DNA from: Zygnema circumcarinatum SAG 698-1b
Lineage: Eukaryota > Plantae > Zygnematophyceae
Direction of reading: 5' to 3'
Length of the DNA stretch: 64,000 bases
Assembly (NCBI GenBank): GCA_037447605.1
Contig: CM074812.1
Coordinates: forward strand, 3,316,803 to 3,380,802
Each line of letters begins with the position of its first letter. Position 1 is the first letter of the stretch. Below, in pieces: positions 48,880 to 60,603 of this stretch. A program made the translations under genes and the position numbers. The notes beneath the pieces were generated by a model, which saw only the letters and a list, made by a program, of their open reading frames with translations, was not told the DNA's origin and made no database searches.

Positions 48880-50014
48880 ATGGCCGCCCTCGTGTTCGTC
48901 GCCGTCGTCCTCCTCGCCTCCGCCACCGCCGCCTCCGCTTTGAACGTCGTCAGTCATGGCGGAACAAGATACTTTGAGTCGGTGAGTGGTCTCCAACTAC
49001 TGCCGCAGTGGAAATTGTTTGCACCGCATCGCTGGATCCCGGTTGACGTGGTCACCGCGGTATACTGAGCGCATCTTTCTTCTTCGGTTCGCTTTGCAGA
49101 TCATGAATCCGGCCAAAGACGGCTTCAATAGCGTTCCTTACGCCCCTGGCTACACCTCCGTCGGACAGTACGTACCCTGGGGCTCCGACACTGGCTTGAC
49201 TTATTTTAAGTCCGGGAGCCTCGATGTCGCCTTCTCCGAAGTTCCCTTCTCGCCCAGCGCGGACACCCTCGGATCCAGCAAGTACGCCATCCCCTTTGCC
49301 GCGGTGTCCTACTCCTTCTGCTCCAAGAAGACGGGCTCCGCCACCCTCCGCCTCAACGGCTCCCAGCTGGCCAGGATCTACCTCTCTAGCTCCTTCATTC
49401 CCTGGTCCACCTTCATCCCCGGAGCTTCCGGAAACGTTCTGCCCGTAGCTCGCTCTGACTACTCCATCACCAACCAGGTGATCGGGAAATGGCTCAAGAC
49501 CCAAAACAGTAGCTGGCCGTTTACCGAATCGTACCCTTGGAATGGGTATGGAATATCCCCGAAGATCAGGTTCGTGTTCGGATGGGCTAACATGGTGGAC
49601 GCGCTGCAGAGCGACTCCAACAGGATCGGATACATGGAAAGCGGGTATTGCAAACTGGGCAACATATCCGCGGTGGCGGTCAACAACGCCGACGGCAAGT
49701 TCGTTTCGACGAACATCGATCCGGACCTCACCGTGTTCCTGCCCACGCCCATCCCGCCCTTTGACGGGACGTTCTGGACCGGAGTGGACCCCGTCAACAC
49801 GCCCGGCGCCAAGGCGTACCCGCTGACCTCCATCATCTTCATGTTCGTGCGCAAGGCGTACACCGCCGACACCAGGGTTCAGCCCTTCCTCAAGTACTTC
49901 ACCACCACGCTCAAGTTCCAAGCCCTCCTGCCGTACTACGGCCTCTACCCCGTCCCCTCGAACTACCTCACCGCCGCTATCGCCGCAGTCGATACTATCA
50001 TCAGTTCACCGTAG
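48880..50014 (+). CDS. pstS: Secreted PstS/DING-like (type II periplasmic-binding fold) phosphate-binding protein homologue, 339 aa; exons 48880-48981 and 49100-50014
   Basis: Signal peptide MAALVFVAVVLLASATAASA|L; phase-0 GT-AG intron 48982-49099; collinear PstS motifs GGT, GSDTG, LDVAFSEVP, LRLNGSQLARIYL, VARSDYSIT, IGYME, NADGKFV, PGAKAYPLT. Confidence 0.85.
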
Positions 50015-51562
50015 TCTCATGGCCGTTTAGAAAACATGTCCAAGCGGCCTATCGACAATGAAAGAAATAAGAGGGGGAATTTGAATTCAATTACTTTTTG
50101 TTGTTATTACTATTCACCTGAATGAGGCTAAGCTATGTTTATCACTAAATCCAATGTATTGTTTGTTTGTGAACCATCTTCTTTCCTTTTAAAACTACTG
50201 TTTATGTAGGTTTAACCCCAGATAATGACTATGATTAGCAGTAATTATACTTGTATCTTTTTTCATCTCTAGGGGCTTTTTAGTGTTGTTTAGGGGTTTA
50301 CGGGTCAGGGGTTGGCCCGGGGTTTGGAGGGGTCGTCAGGGGGGCCTTCCGGGGGGGTGTTGAGGCGGTTTCTGGGGTTTAGCAAGTCGTACAGTAACGC
50401 CTGCGTTCGTCAGCGCTGCCGTGCAAGAACGCGCGAAATTGAGCACGAGCAAACAGGCGCATGGCCCCCCTCCCAGGGCGGCTGCCATTTCCCCCTTCTG
50501 CAGCGCAACGCAGCGGGCTGCTAGAGCTGCAGGGAGGACGATCGGGGGGTAGAGAAACGTCGCTAGATAGCCTTCAGCGGGGTTGTCAAGTTTATCTGTT
50601 TTGCGCAATAATTTACATCTGACTCTGAAAATAAGTGCAGCATGTGAAGAAGAGATAAATGCAAAATGGATAACTTTATGAAAAGAAATTTCAATTTTTC
50701 ATTTTTTTTTTTCACATCTTCAAGTGCAGTTACCCAAAAACCTCTTTTTTATGATTATATTTTTTTTGAGTCTACTATCTCCATTTTCTAGGGTTAAACC
50801 CTAAACAAAACCTAAAAACCCTATAAACCCTGAGAACCCCTATTAAAACGTTGTACATGCTTTCATCTTTTTATCTTCCATGAAATAATTGCTTTCTTCT
50901 TATTCTTCTTGACAATACACCGGTACTAGTCGGATAAATTCCGAAAAACTCTGAAAACCCTGAAACCCCTCAAAACCAGATACTTGTACAAATTCAGTAT
51001 GCAGTAGACAGAAGTTCTTGTACATGTCGTTCCCCTCCCAGTTTTCGCTCCGCCTGTCATCCTCTGCCCTCACCTAGAGCTTGCTATTCTCACTCCTGAG
51101 TAAAGAAAGGTGCAAGATTCCGGGAGAATTGGCTGCTGCTGAATGACAGCTACCACCTACCTGTATTCATTGTTACAATTTTCTTACAACACTAATTGCA
51201 AGAGCGAGAGTTGATTGGGTCACCATCATTTGAAAGTTCAGCAGGCAGTAGAAATGGTTGGCTCTGATGTACGCCTTCCTCAGTTTTCCTGCGGCCACTA
51301 CAACGCAACAACTACATCAATTTGCCTAAAAAACATTTGCTTTCAATCGGGTTTTTAGGGTCAAGGATCCGTGGCTAACCGTTTGCATGAGGCGGTGACT
51401 AAAGCCAACCAAGGCACAAAAAAAGCCTCGACCATATGGTTGACCATCTGACCATATGGTTAACCGTCTGGTGAAGACTTTGTGGCTGACCATTTGCATG
51501 AGGCGGTGACAGCCAACCAAGGTGCAAAAAAGCCTCGACCATATGATTAACCATCTGGTGAA

Positions 51563-51700
51563 GGGTTTATAGGGATTTTAGGATTTTTTAAAGTTTTTAG
51601 GGCTTTTAGGGCTTTTAGGTTTTTTAGGGTTTTTAGGGTTCTTAGGGTTTTTAGCGTTTTTAGGGTTTTTAGGGTATTTAGAATTTTTAGGGTTTTTAAG
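51563..51700 (+). repeat. Interstitial degenerate telomeric array (TTTTTAGGG-like), followed by (GAGAAGG)n to 51760
   Basis: Read directly; same polarity as the terminal telomere. Confidence 0.85.
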
Positions 51701-51760
51701 AAGGGAGGAGAGAGAAGGGAGAAGGGAGAAGGGAGAAGGGAGAAGGGAGAAGGGAGAAGG

Positions 51761-51913
51761 TGTTAGAGTTAGAACACCCAGCAGATGTTCCCTCACTTGA
51801 ATCGGTAGACATTTCAGAATGAAAAACGTGCAAGGGAATATAATGTACACTGCAAAAGTTTTGGAGAAAGCTTTGCGGCCTAAAACTCCAATACAGAATA
51901 AACAGAATGAGAG
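51761..51913 (-). mobile_element. 3' end of another Copia-type LTR, interrupted by the CRE element
   Basis: tgttag terminus; carries the shared ggagttttagg..gctttctcc motif and an MSTDSSEG... start. Confidence 0.55.
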
Positions 51914-54900
51914 AGCAAACTTTCATTGAACTCGCGATGGCGAGGCCATCAAATGTACATGGATAAAGGCAAAATGTGGAACCACGAAGGACTGGTCACA
52001 AAGGACCGAAACACAATAAAACAAAGCTAGGAGCGGAAAACTACGCCTAGGCACAACAACGCAGCCCTAGAAGCAGCCGCGAAGGTCACCGATGTGAGGC
52101 ACGTCGCGAGGAGGGAGCGGCGGAAGTCCACTAACACGGGTCACCAACAACCGCAAAGACGCCGGGGCTAGCGAAGCAAGGCAACGCCGGCGGGCGACTC
52201 AAATACGTTGTCGGCGTGCTGTAAGCTACCCGCCGGAGTGAGGGCTTCCGGGCCGTAGTATCTCGAAAGAGCGATGGGCGCACCGGCGGCGAAGGTATCC
52301 AAACGGGTGTCGCAGGCAGCCAAAAATCTCAATAGCCATAGGAACAAACTCTGCCGGGCTGCATCACGGTGAGCATATGCACGCTTCCGCGGCGGGCTGC
52401 ATCGCTGGCAGCCACGCTTCGCCATGATGTGCCGCGACGTGACAAATAAATCAGCGACGGGTTGGATCGGCCAACACAATATCCCCAAAATACGCACCAT
52501 CCATAAGAGCCAAATCGTGGCTTAACTCAAGGCCGCCACGTAATAGCTTCCGCTGGGACACCAGGTTTCCAGCCCCGCCGCACAAGGTAGTTAGCTTTAC
52601 CGGGCAAAGAATGTGACCCAACACAACATTACGTAGCCAAAATGCGCTCGCCTGCGCACATCGGCAGTATGAACGCCCCGCCGCATCAACCTAATCACCA
52701 CAAACACAACGAGAACCTCGCAGAATGGCGGATGGGGACCGAGACGGTCGCTACCAGTAAGCTGAAACTGGCCTGGGGTCAAACGAAGGGTGGAAAATAT
52801 CGGGTAAATAAACGCAAATCCAAGCCCTTTTCGTGCCCCCGTGACCCGCGACAAGAGCTTGCCGAGCACGCCGCAAATAATCGTAAGGAAGAGCCGCACA
52901 AGGGGTAGAGAGAACTCCTCAAAGAAATAAATAACCTCATCAGTCAAAGTATTGACACGCGGAAATGCACTGACGCAAAGTTTAAACAAACGGGGGCGCA
53001 CGAGACTGAGCACTAGAAGTAAGCAAACCATGGGAGTCAATCAATGCAACCTGAAACGGAAGATCACCATCATCAACATGAGCGACAACAGACTGAAGCA
53101 ACGGACGATCAGCCACAATAAAACGCGAAGCCAACATAGGAGCAACGAGAGCCCAACTACCCAAAACGCGTATGCCACACCTAACTGTCGGATGAGACCT
53201 AAAACCGCCAAATAGGAGCGAGTTTGCGACGTAAAGCGGACCCTCCGGCCAAATCGAAAAATACCTCGCCAGACCCAAAAGGCTGGCGACATAGAAACAA
53301 ACTTACCCAAAGATTAAATGACTCAAGGAAAGCAGAGGGTTAGGAGGGAGAGTTCGCAAAAGGTGCACTTAATGAAAGCAAAACAACGAGTAAGCAAAGA
53401 AAAAGCCACCGAGGATCTGAAAGATGTGGAAGCTCATCGACCAGACGCATCCTCAACCAAAGCATCAATAACAAAACGATCAACATAAGATGCAACGCCA
53501 AAAGGGCAGCCTAAAACACCTAATACCAATTCCATCAAAGACAAGTCTCGATACCGGCCAAGGGAGCCGAAGCGGGTAGAAGGATACCAACCGGAGACCA
53601 AGCAAAACACTTCGACAAATTTACCGTCAAACGCATAGCGGCCAATCGAGTAGTAAAATCAGTAAACGCGGCAACGACCTGGTCAGCAGGGCCAATGATA
53701 TGAGTATCGTCGGCCACTGATGGAAAAAGGCAGCCTGAAAAGCCTGTGCCGGAAGCTCTGCCGCCGCTGAATGTGCTTGTGCCGTAACAAAGGATCCCTA
53801 AAGGGTCGCTATGGTCCCGGTCGCAGACTCCAAGGTCGCTTACCCACCAGAGATGCACGCTAAGAGGAAAAGGAGCTGGCTCAATGAGAATAAAATGTGC
53901 GCGACAAAAGGAAAAAAGGACGAATCGGGTGGCCTCGTAACGAAAAATCTCATGACGATCCACCGTATTAAAAGCATTAGTCACATCAACCTGCAAAACA
54001 ACCCAATCAGGGTGAAGATCCAACGTCGCACGAATGCCATGAACTACGGCCTCGCAGCCCCCAGGGGTCGCCACACCAAACTGATAAGGGGAAAAATGGT
54101 CCTGAAAGGCCCCTTGTAACTGAAAACACATAGCGCGAGCAACCATGCGATACAAAACCTCCCCTACGGCTATAGGGCTTAACCCCCGCAGGGCTTGGCA
54201 AGGGCAACCAAACGAGCTGACGGCGAACGCGACCTACCGGACGCAGGGAACACGACTCGCGATATGACACAAGCAAGCTGAAAGCAAACCAAACCCACTA
54301 TCCCCCGTGTCCGGAGAAAACACATCACGAAGCAACTCATATAAACCATTCAAGGCCCCCGCAGCATAAATGAGGGGAGCGAAAGTGTTTACCTCAATGA
54401 AAGCGGCACCATCATACAAACGAGTTTTACGTGCCTGCGCGTCGGCGAAGGAAGGGATATCCGCTGGCTTATCCGATGGAGAGTCCGGCGCATCCAAAGT
54501 GTCGTTGTTGCGTCGCGGCGAAGGGTCGGCGAGCGCCGAAAGCAAAATACGAGATAAACCGTGATCGGGCTCATCCCAACTGCCTCGACGATGTCGGAAG
54601 TGAGTCCGAAAAAGTGAGTATGTACAGGCGTGACGCCGCATTGTGGCACAAATGTGCGACGGGTGTTCGCCCGCAGAAAAGCCCCACCCCACCCGCAACG
54701 AAGACATTATCGCCGACGGAATTGAACGGCGCTTCGCCCCACCAATTTAGGGCAAAATTGGGAAACCCAAAGGGGAAAAAGCAGCGGCGAAGGCGCTTAT
54801 GCAAAGAACATCTCGATGGATCAGCACGCTAAGACGCAGCAAGAGTAAACGCAGCCATCAATGCAACACAAAATAACACGCAGTCTGTGGGGCCACGAAG

Positions 54901-55394
54901 CGAAAGACGACGACGACCCAACAAAACGACCCAAGGATATCTAAAGACCGGAAGCATACGCCTAAGCAGCCGGATTCAGGCCCAACATGCAAAGTGGTGA
55001 CCCGTGGGTGGCAAAGTGGACGGGTGTAGAAGAAGAGGGAGTAGAAGAAGGGTCGACAATGGAGGAGGACGAAGAGGACACGTACAGATATGCCGACGGG
55101 AACCCGCTACCCCGACCAAAACAATTCCCACAATGATCACAAGGAACCCGGGGGAGAGGCCTGGGGCGAGCAGCGGGAGGGGAAGAAGGAAGAGGGGAAG
55201 AACGGACAGGAGGGGGAAGAGCAACAGCAGATGACAAGGCAAGGGGGTGGGAAGGGGAAGGGGAACGAGAGGAGCGACGAAGAGCCATGACGAAGGAGAA
55301 GGGAATGGATGAGGGAAGGGAAGCGGGTGGGCGGGGAGGAGAAAGGGGAAGGAAGGGTAGGGAAGAGAAGGGAAGGGACGGGAAGGGGAGGGAG
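51914..55394 (-). mobile_element. Near full-length CRE-clade non-LTR retrotransposon (copy 2), heavily frameshifted
   Basis: Reverse complement of 9500-12058 over its 3' 2.5 kb; additional 5' region with CDHCGNCF Zn-finger-like motif (about 55110-55140). Confidence 0.88.
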
Positions 55395-55404
55395 NNNNNN
55401 NNNN

Positions 55405-56043
55405 AGAATAGGCAGAGGCTGAGGCCTAGAGGAGTCCGGCCTTGTGTATGAAGGTCGTGAAGGAACTAGCTCTCATCATGCTAAGCTTTAGTGAAGGAGC
55501 TAGATGGTGTGTCCCTCATGTGTTGAGGTAGAGGAGGAGTTCATGGAGGCAGGAAGTGCTTGGCTACTGCAGTTGGGGTAAAGGCTATCTATGAGAGGAT
55601 AGGATAGTGCTCATGTGAGGAGGAGAATCTAGCATAAGGTATTGATGTAGATTTCCTCAAGAGCTTGTATTACACTCATGAAGTTTAAGGAGTTTTAGGG
55701 CCGTGGGCTTTCTCCTTACTACTGTATCATCTGTCATGTGAGTCCTCGTGTTGGATTGGCGTGGTGGATGAGTAGAGGCGACCATTGTATGGGCGGTGTG
55801 TTGCTCCACACGAGGAGACCATTGGAGGAGCGTGGAGTTGAGGAGCCGAGACCATGGAGGAGATAAAGAACAGTTCTTGTAGGTGGCGCGTTTAGTTTTC
55901 CGCTGTGCGCACCTGGCAAGGGGTGGAATGGAAGGCATATCGTGGCGGAAGCGGTATGTGGCCCAAGGAGAAGGTGAAGAAAGTTTTGAGCTTCATCCAG
56001 GCATGTGTTATCCTTCCCTTAAGTCTTGCCCCTTGCACCAACA
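55405..56043 (+). mobile_element. Copia family-C LTR, 3' portion
   Basis: Near identical to 16887-17527; no PBS follows. Confidence 0.85.
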
Positions 56044-56318
56044 GACCCACTAGGCCCCTCGCACCTGGGGATGGGTATCCACCCCCGGTCCCTCTTTTGG
56101 ATCGTACCGGTTGTCCATACAGGCCGTACGGACGAACCGACATACGGATCCCGCGGCCAGAGATCTGGTCGCGCGCCGCCACACGTCGGCGCGCCGCGTC
56201 CCGCGAGATGCGACGACACTTGAGACAAGTACCGTCCGTACTGTACGGACAGGCTGACAGGTCTGACTCTGTCAGACCTAGCCGTGCGCTGCCGCACAAC
56301 GGTGCGCCACATCGCTAC
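56044..56318 (+). mobile_element. Fragment of a Gypsy LTR related to 44701-45349
   Basis: 56090-56290 is the reverse complement of a diverged copy of 45005-45210. Confidence 0.75.
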
Positions 56319-56746
56319 TGTTAGTGTTAGTGTATGATAGTTAGACATTATATGGCACACACTAACTTGTTGTGGTACTCAGTTTGTAGAACATGAGATC
56401 TGCTAGGCGTAGTGCTCTTACATTTNNNNNNNNNNGTCGGCGGGCGAAGACTGCGAAGGAGCGCTGGCGAAACGGCGAAACAGTACGGACGGATGTACGA
56501 TCCGACAAGAACTAGGTCGGCGCCGCCGTAGGTTTACAAGGCAGCTAGCTAGTCGTTTATTTCTGAGTGCGCCCACTCAGAATCGGTGAATGAGTTTGCA
56601 ATGGCGGACGCGACGTGACATATGTGTCACATCACGGACGCCATATTATATAGTATGTAGTTTTACTATGGGAAGAACCCCACCTACACTACTCTGTCAT
56701 AGTCTCGGGTCTTATTCAGAACCTGCTCGTGCTGCTAGGCTGCCTA
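56319..56746 (+). mobile_element. Copia family-A long LTR, partial, cut by another LTR at 56747
   Basis: Matches 23094-23830. Confidence 0.8.
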
Positions 56747-57218
56747 TGTTGGTAATTCCATGGTGGAACCACCCTCGACAGAGTCGCCTCCACTCGGCTC
56801 TTGAGTCGTAGACATCTTCGCAGCAGCTGTTTCGCGAAAGGAAAGCTCAAGACAGATGCAAGACAAGAGACGTCAAGATAGAGAAAGCCCCACCGGGCAT
56901 AAAACTCTGATTTTCTTTGGAGGTGAAGTACAACAGATTCAAGCAGCCCCTGGCTGCTTAATGCAGCTTGCACTACCCCACTTACTATTTCCCAAGACTA
57001 GCAGCACTACTCCTCTCCTTAACTACAGGCTCGGCCTCAACTCGCTACACACCCCCATTGGCATGTGGTATGAGGTTATTTACTCTGAGGAATGCTACTC
57101 TCTATATACTTCCTACGACTAAGCTACGTGACAGCGTCCTGTGGACCGGCTTGTCACGCCCGCCCTGAGCGGGTGCATGCAGTCCGCAGCCAGCTGCGCG
57201 TTCAGCAGCCAGCTCGTC
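56747..57218 (-). mobile_element. 3' part of a distinct Copia LTR (family E, probably the LTR of the terminal family-F element)
   Basis: tgttgg terminus; shared gagttttat..gctttctc motif; in-LTR ATG at 56815. Confidence 0.6.
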
Positions 57219-57228
57219 NNNNNNNNNN

Positions 57229-60200
57229 TATTGAATCTCGCAAGTACATCCGCGGCGTACTTCTTCTGACTTAGGAACAGACTTCTGTCCTGCCCCCTCT
57301 TCAGCTGTATCCCCAGGAGATACTGCGCCTCCCTATCCGACATCTGGAAGTTAGCTTGCAAAAGCTTCTTCAGATCATTGATTCTCTCAAGTGAGAGACT
57401 CACCATAATGAGGTCATCCACGTAGATCCCAAGGTACATGAGATCTCCCTCCTCTCCTTGTCGGTAGACGGAATGATCCGTCTCAAAGCGCGCAAATCCG
57501 TTTCTCCTCAGAAGATCGTCAATCTTCTCGTACCAGATCCTAGGTGCTTGCTTTAGTCCGTACAGACTCTTCACTAGGCGACAGACGAGATGTTCCTGCC
57601 CCGGGACAACTTTCCCTTCGGGCTGCTCCATGTAGAACTCCTCAGCGAGATCTCCGTACAGAAACGCGGTCTTGATATCTAACTGATGGACATGCATCCC
57701 CTCAGCAGCTGCGATCGAAATTAGGGCACGGAGGGAGTTAAACTTCACCACCGGGGCGAAAGTCTCCGTGTAGTCGATTCCGTACTTCTGGCTGTATCCC
57801 TTCGCCACCAGCCGCGCCTTGTAACGGTCGACACTCCCGTTCGCCTTCCGCTTCACCTTGAACACCCATTTGCATCCAATAGCTCTCCTTCCCTTCGGCA
57901 GCTTCTCCAGTCGCCACGTTCCGTTCTCTATCAGACTATTCCACTCGCTATCGATCGCTGCTCGCCACTTTGCTCCATCGACCCCATCATGAGCCTCCTC
58001 AAAGGTTTGCGGCTCAGTGATCATGTAGCAGTGGGCAACTCCTGCGAGGTCAGCANNNNNNNNNNGAATGGTTTCCGATGCGCCTTCCCCTCTACACACT
58101 CCTTGCAAATACCGAGCTCCTTCTCCACGACATCTACATCTAACCCATGGACCAGCCCCTTAGCAGCAAGCTGTTGCAACCCTCGATGGTTAAGATGTCC
58201 AAGTCTACGATGCCAAAGATTTATGGCAGTTTTAGCCACAGCCATCACATCTTCATCCTCTGTCCTTCTATAATGAAGATAATACAGGCCTCCCTTCTCA
58301 TATCCCTCAAACAGCCGCTTCCCCGTCACTGCGTGAGGAGCTACGCAAGACTTCTCTTTGAACGTGATCTCGTACCCTCTTACACACCTGGCTAACAGAC
58401 ATGAAGTTCTGTTTCAGCTCGGGGGTGTGGAGTACATCACCGATACACAAACGATCCTCCCTCTCCTCTTCGTAGATGACAGAGCCGTCTCCGAGAATCA
58501 TCTTGACTACTCCACCCTTCGTGACTGTCACTCCCTCTCCGGTTGCCGAGTGAACGGATCGAGTCCTCTCTAGCGTGTCCAGCGTGGAGAACATCTGCTA
58601 ATACATATGTATAGAAGCGCACGAGTCGATCAACGAGGGCAGCCGGATCCACGAACCTGGATCTTCCCAACAAAATCAAAATTTTCAGGCCTTTCAGCCA
58701 TCATCAGATTGGTCTCATTCGACCCTCTGCACTCGGTGCTCTTGTGACCTCGCTTCTTGCACTTGAAGCAGATCCCCTTGAAGCCTTTCTTCTCCTTCTT
58801 GCGAATGCGGTAGCGCCTCCTCCTCCCGATCTTGGGACTCTTGTTCTTGTAGCGGTCTGCCCGAGTGGTGTGATCTTGCCACCGTGTAGCAGCTCCCTTG
58901 AGGGTGTTCTCCGGTCAGGCCGAGGCGCACCTCCTCGCCGGTCTTATGCGTGAGTGCGGCGCTAGCACCTTCTCGGTGCTCGGTGTGTGGGCGGTGTCAC
59001 TCCTCGCCGATACTCCGCTTCACTTGCTCAAGGGTCATTATCGAGTTCGTTAGGACAGACCTAAGCGCTGCGACTGCAACAATCAAATCTAGAGGTCAAT
59101 CCCCCTAAGAACTAGCTGATCTTATGGTCACTCTCTAACGGTTTCTGTAGAGCTATGAACCTCTCCATCAAGGTATCAAACCTGACCATATATTCACTCA
59201 GTTTCTCATCCGAAGTCATCTTCATCTTCCCAAGCTGCGTGTAAAGACTCACTATCGTGACGTTATCCTTTACATCATACATCTCTTCTAAGCACCTCCA
59301 CATAGCATGTGAGGTCTTGAGATCATACAGCATGGACGAAGGATTTCCCCTCACACTCATGACGATCTGGGTGAGCGCTTTGTTGTCCTTGGCACTCCAT
59401 GCAGCGGCGCCACTTCGTGTTCAGCTACAACGCTCGGCGGTGGCTCCCTCCCGGTAACACCCGGTGCCTTGATAATTGCCGTTGACACCCCGCAGTCCCA
59501 CTTGCCCACGAGCAAGGAGCAGCCGCCATCTCCACCCCTTGTAGTGTGACCGTCGAGATGGAATCTTTGAACTTCCGCGTGGTCACCATTAAGCCACCAT
59601 TGGCTGCGATACCACTTGTTGGAGTCTACGGATCTGCTCAGCTCAGGCGCCTGCGTGTCGCCCTCCATTGGAACTCCGGTTCCCACCGATGAAGACATCT
59701 TAACTCTCTCAGCTCTATCTCACTTCATTCATAGCCCATAACTCACAGAATGAACCCAGAGACAAGCACAGTGGAAATAACACACGAGAGAGTATAGGAG
59801 AAATCTCACGGCTCTAAAACTCCTTTATAATAAGAATGTCACCCACATGAAGTTCTCCCCCTCTCACTAGCTACTTCTCCCCTTACTCACTACCTGGCGA
59901 CACGAGCAGGGCAGCCATGCAACACGAGCAGGCACGGAATAAGTCACGGGAATACAATAGTCTAATGTGGTTATCCTACGTAATCAAGCTAGGCCCTATA
60001 TGCCGCCATGGCCGTGTTACGTGACATCTTCCTTGTTGACCGATGTCACGTCACGGCCGCCCTCATGCGTTCAGCAGCCAGGTACGCGTTCAACATCCAG
60101 CTTTGCGGTCTTTCGCAAACCTACGCCCGGCCACCACGACCCTAGTCGGTCGTCCCGTACTGATTCCGCGCCCATCACAACTTATGCGTCCGTTGGCCTT

Positions 60201-60603
60201 GAAACTTCCGCCGCCCGTCCGTCAGCGTCCGCCCGCCGCGCCTTGGCCTATCAATATTCGTTCAGCGCCGTACACATTCAGCGCCCGTCCCGCTGGCAAA
60301 ATCTCCGTGTCGTCGCATTTCCCGCGCCCGTTCACACACACTTGTCCGCGGCGTGAGTAGCGACTCCCGGTCCTCCTCCGTAGTTGACCTCGTCAGAGTC
60401 CGCGGACCGCACTAAGGGTCTGACGCGGTTTCGCCGACATCACCGACATCCTCTGCGCCCGAAAAGCGTACGGGCCACCGACATTTGGCCCGACCATATT
60501 CCCTAGGACACCTACTAGCAGATCTCATGTTTCCCAACTGAGGACCACAACAATGTTAGTGTGAACCCGTACAATGTCTAACTATAGCACACTAACACTA
60601 ACA
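57229..60603 (-). mobile_element. Ty1/Copia family-A element (5' LTR 59617-60603, PBS, gag, PR, IN and RT fragments, gapped)
   Basis: PBS complement at about 59605-59616; LWHRRLGH, IGCKWVFKVK, LDIKTAFLYG, YVDD. Confidence 0.9.

Noticed and set aside
49052-49921. 289-aa minus-strand ORF
   Set aside because: Antisense shadow of the codon-biased PstS-like exon
51376-51563. Two-copy direct repeat of about 110 bp
   Set aside because: Simple local duplication with no further structure identified
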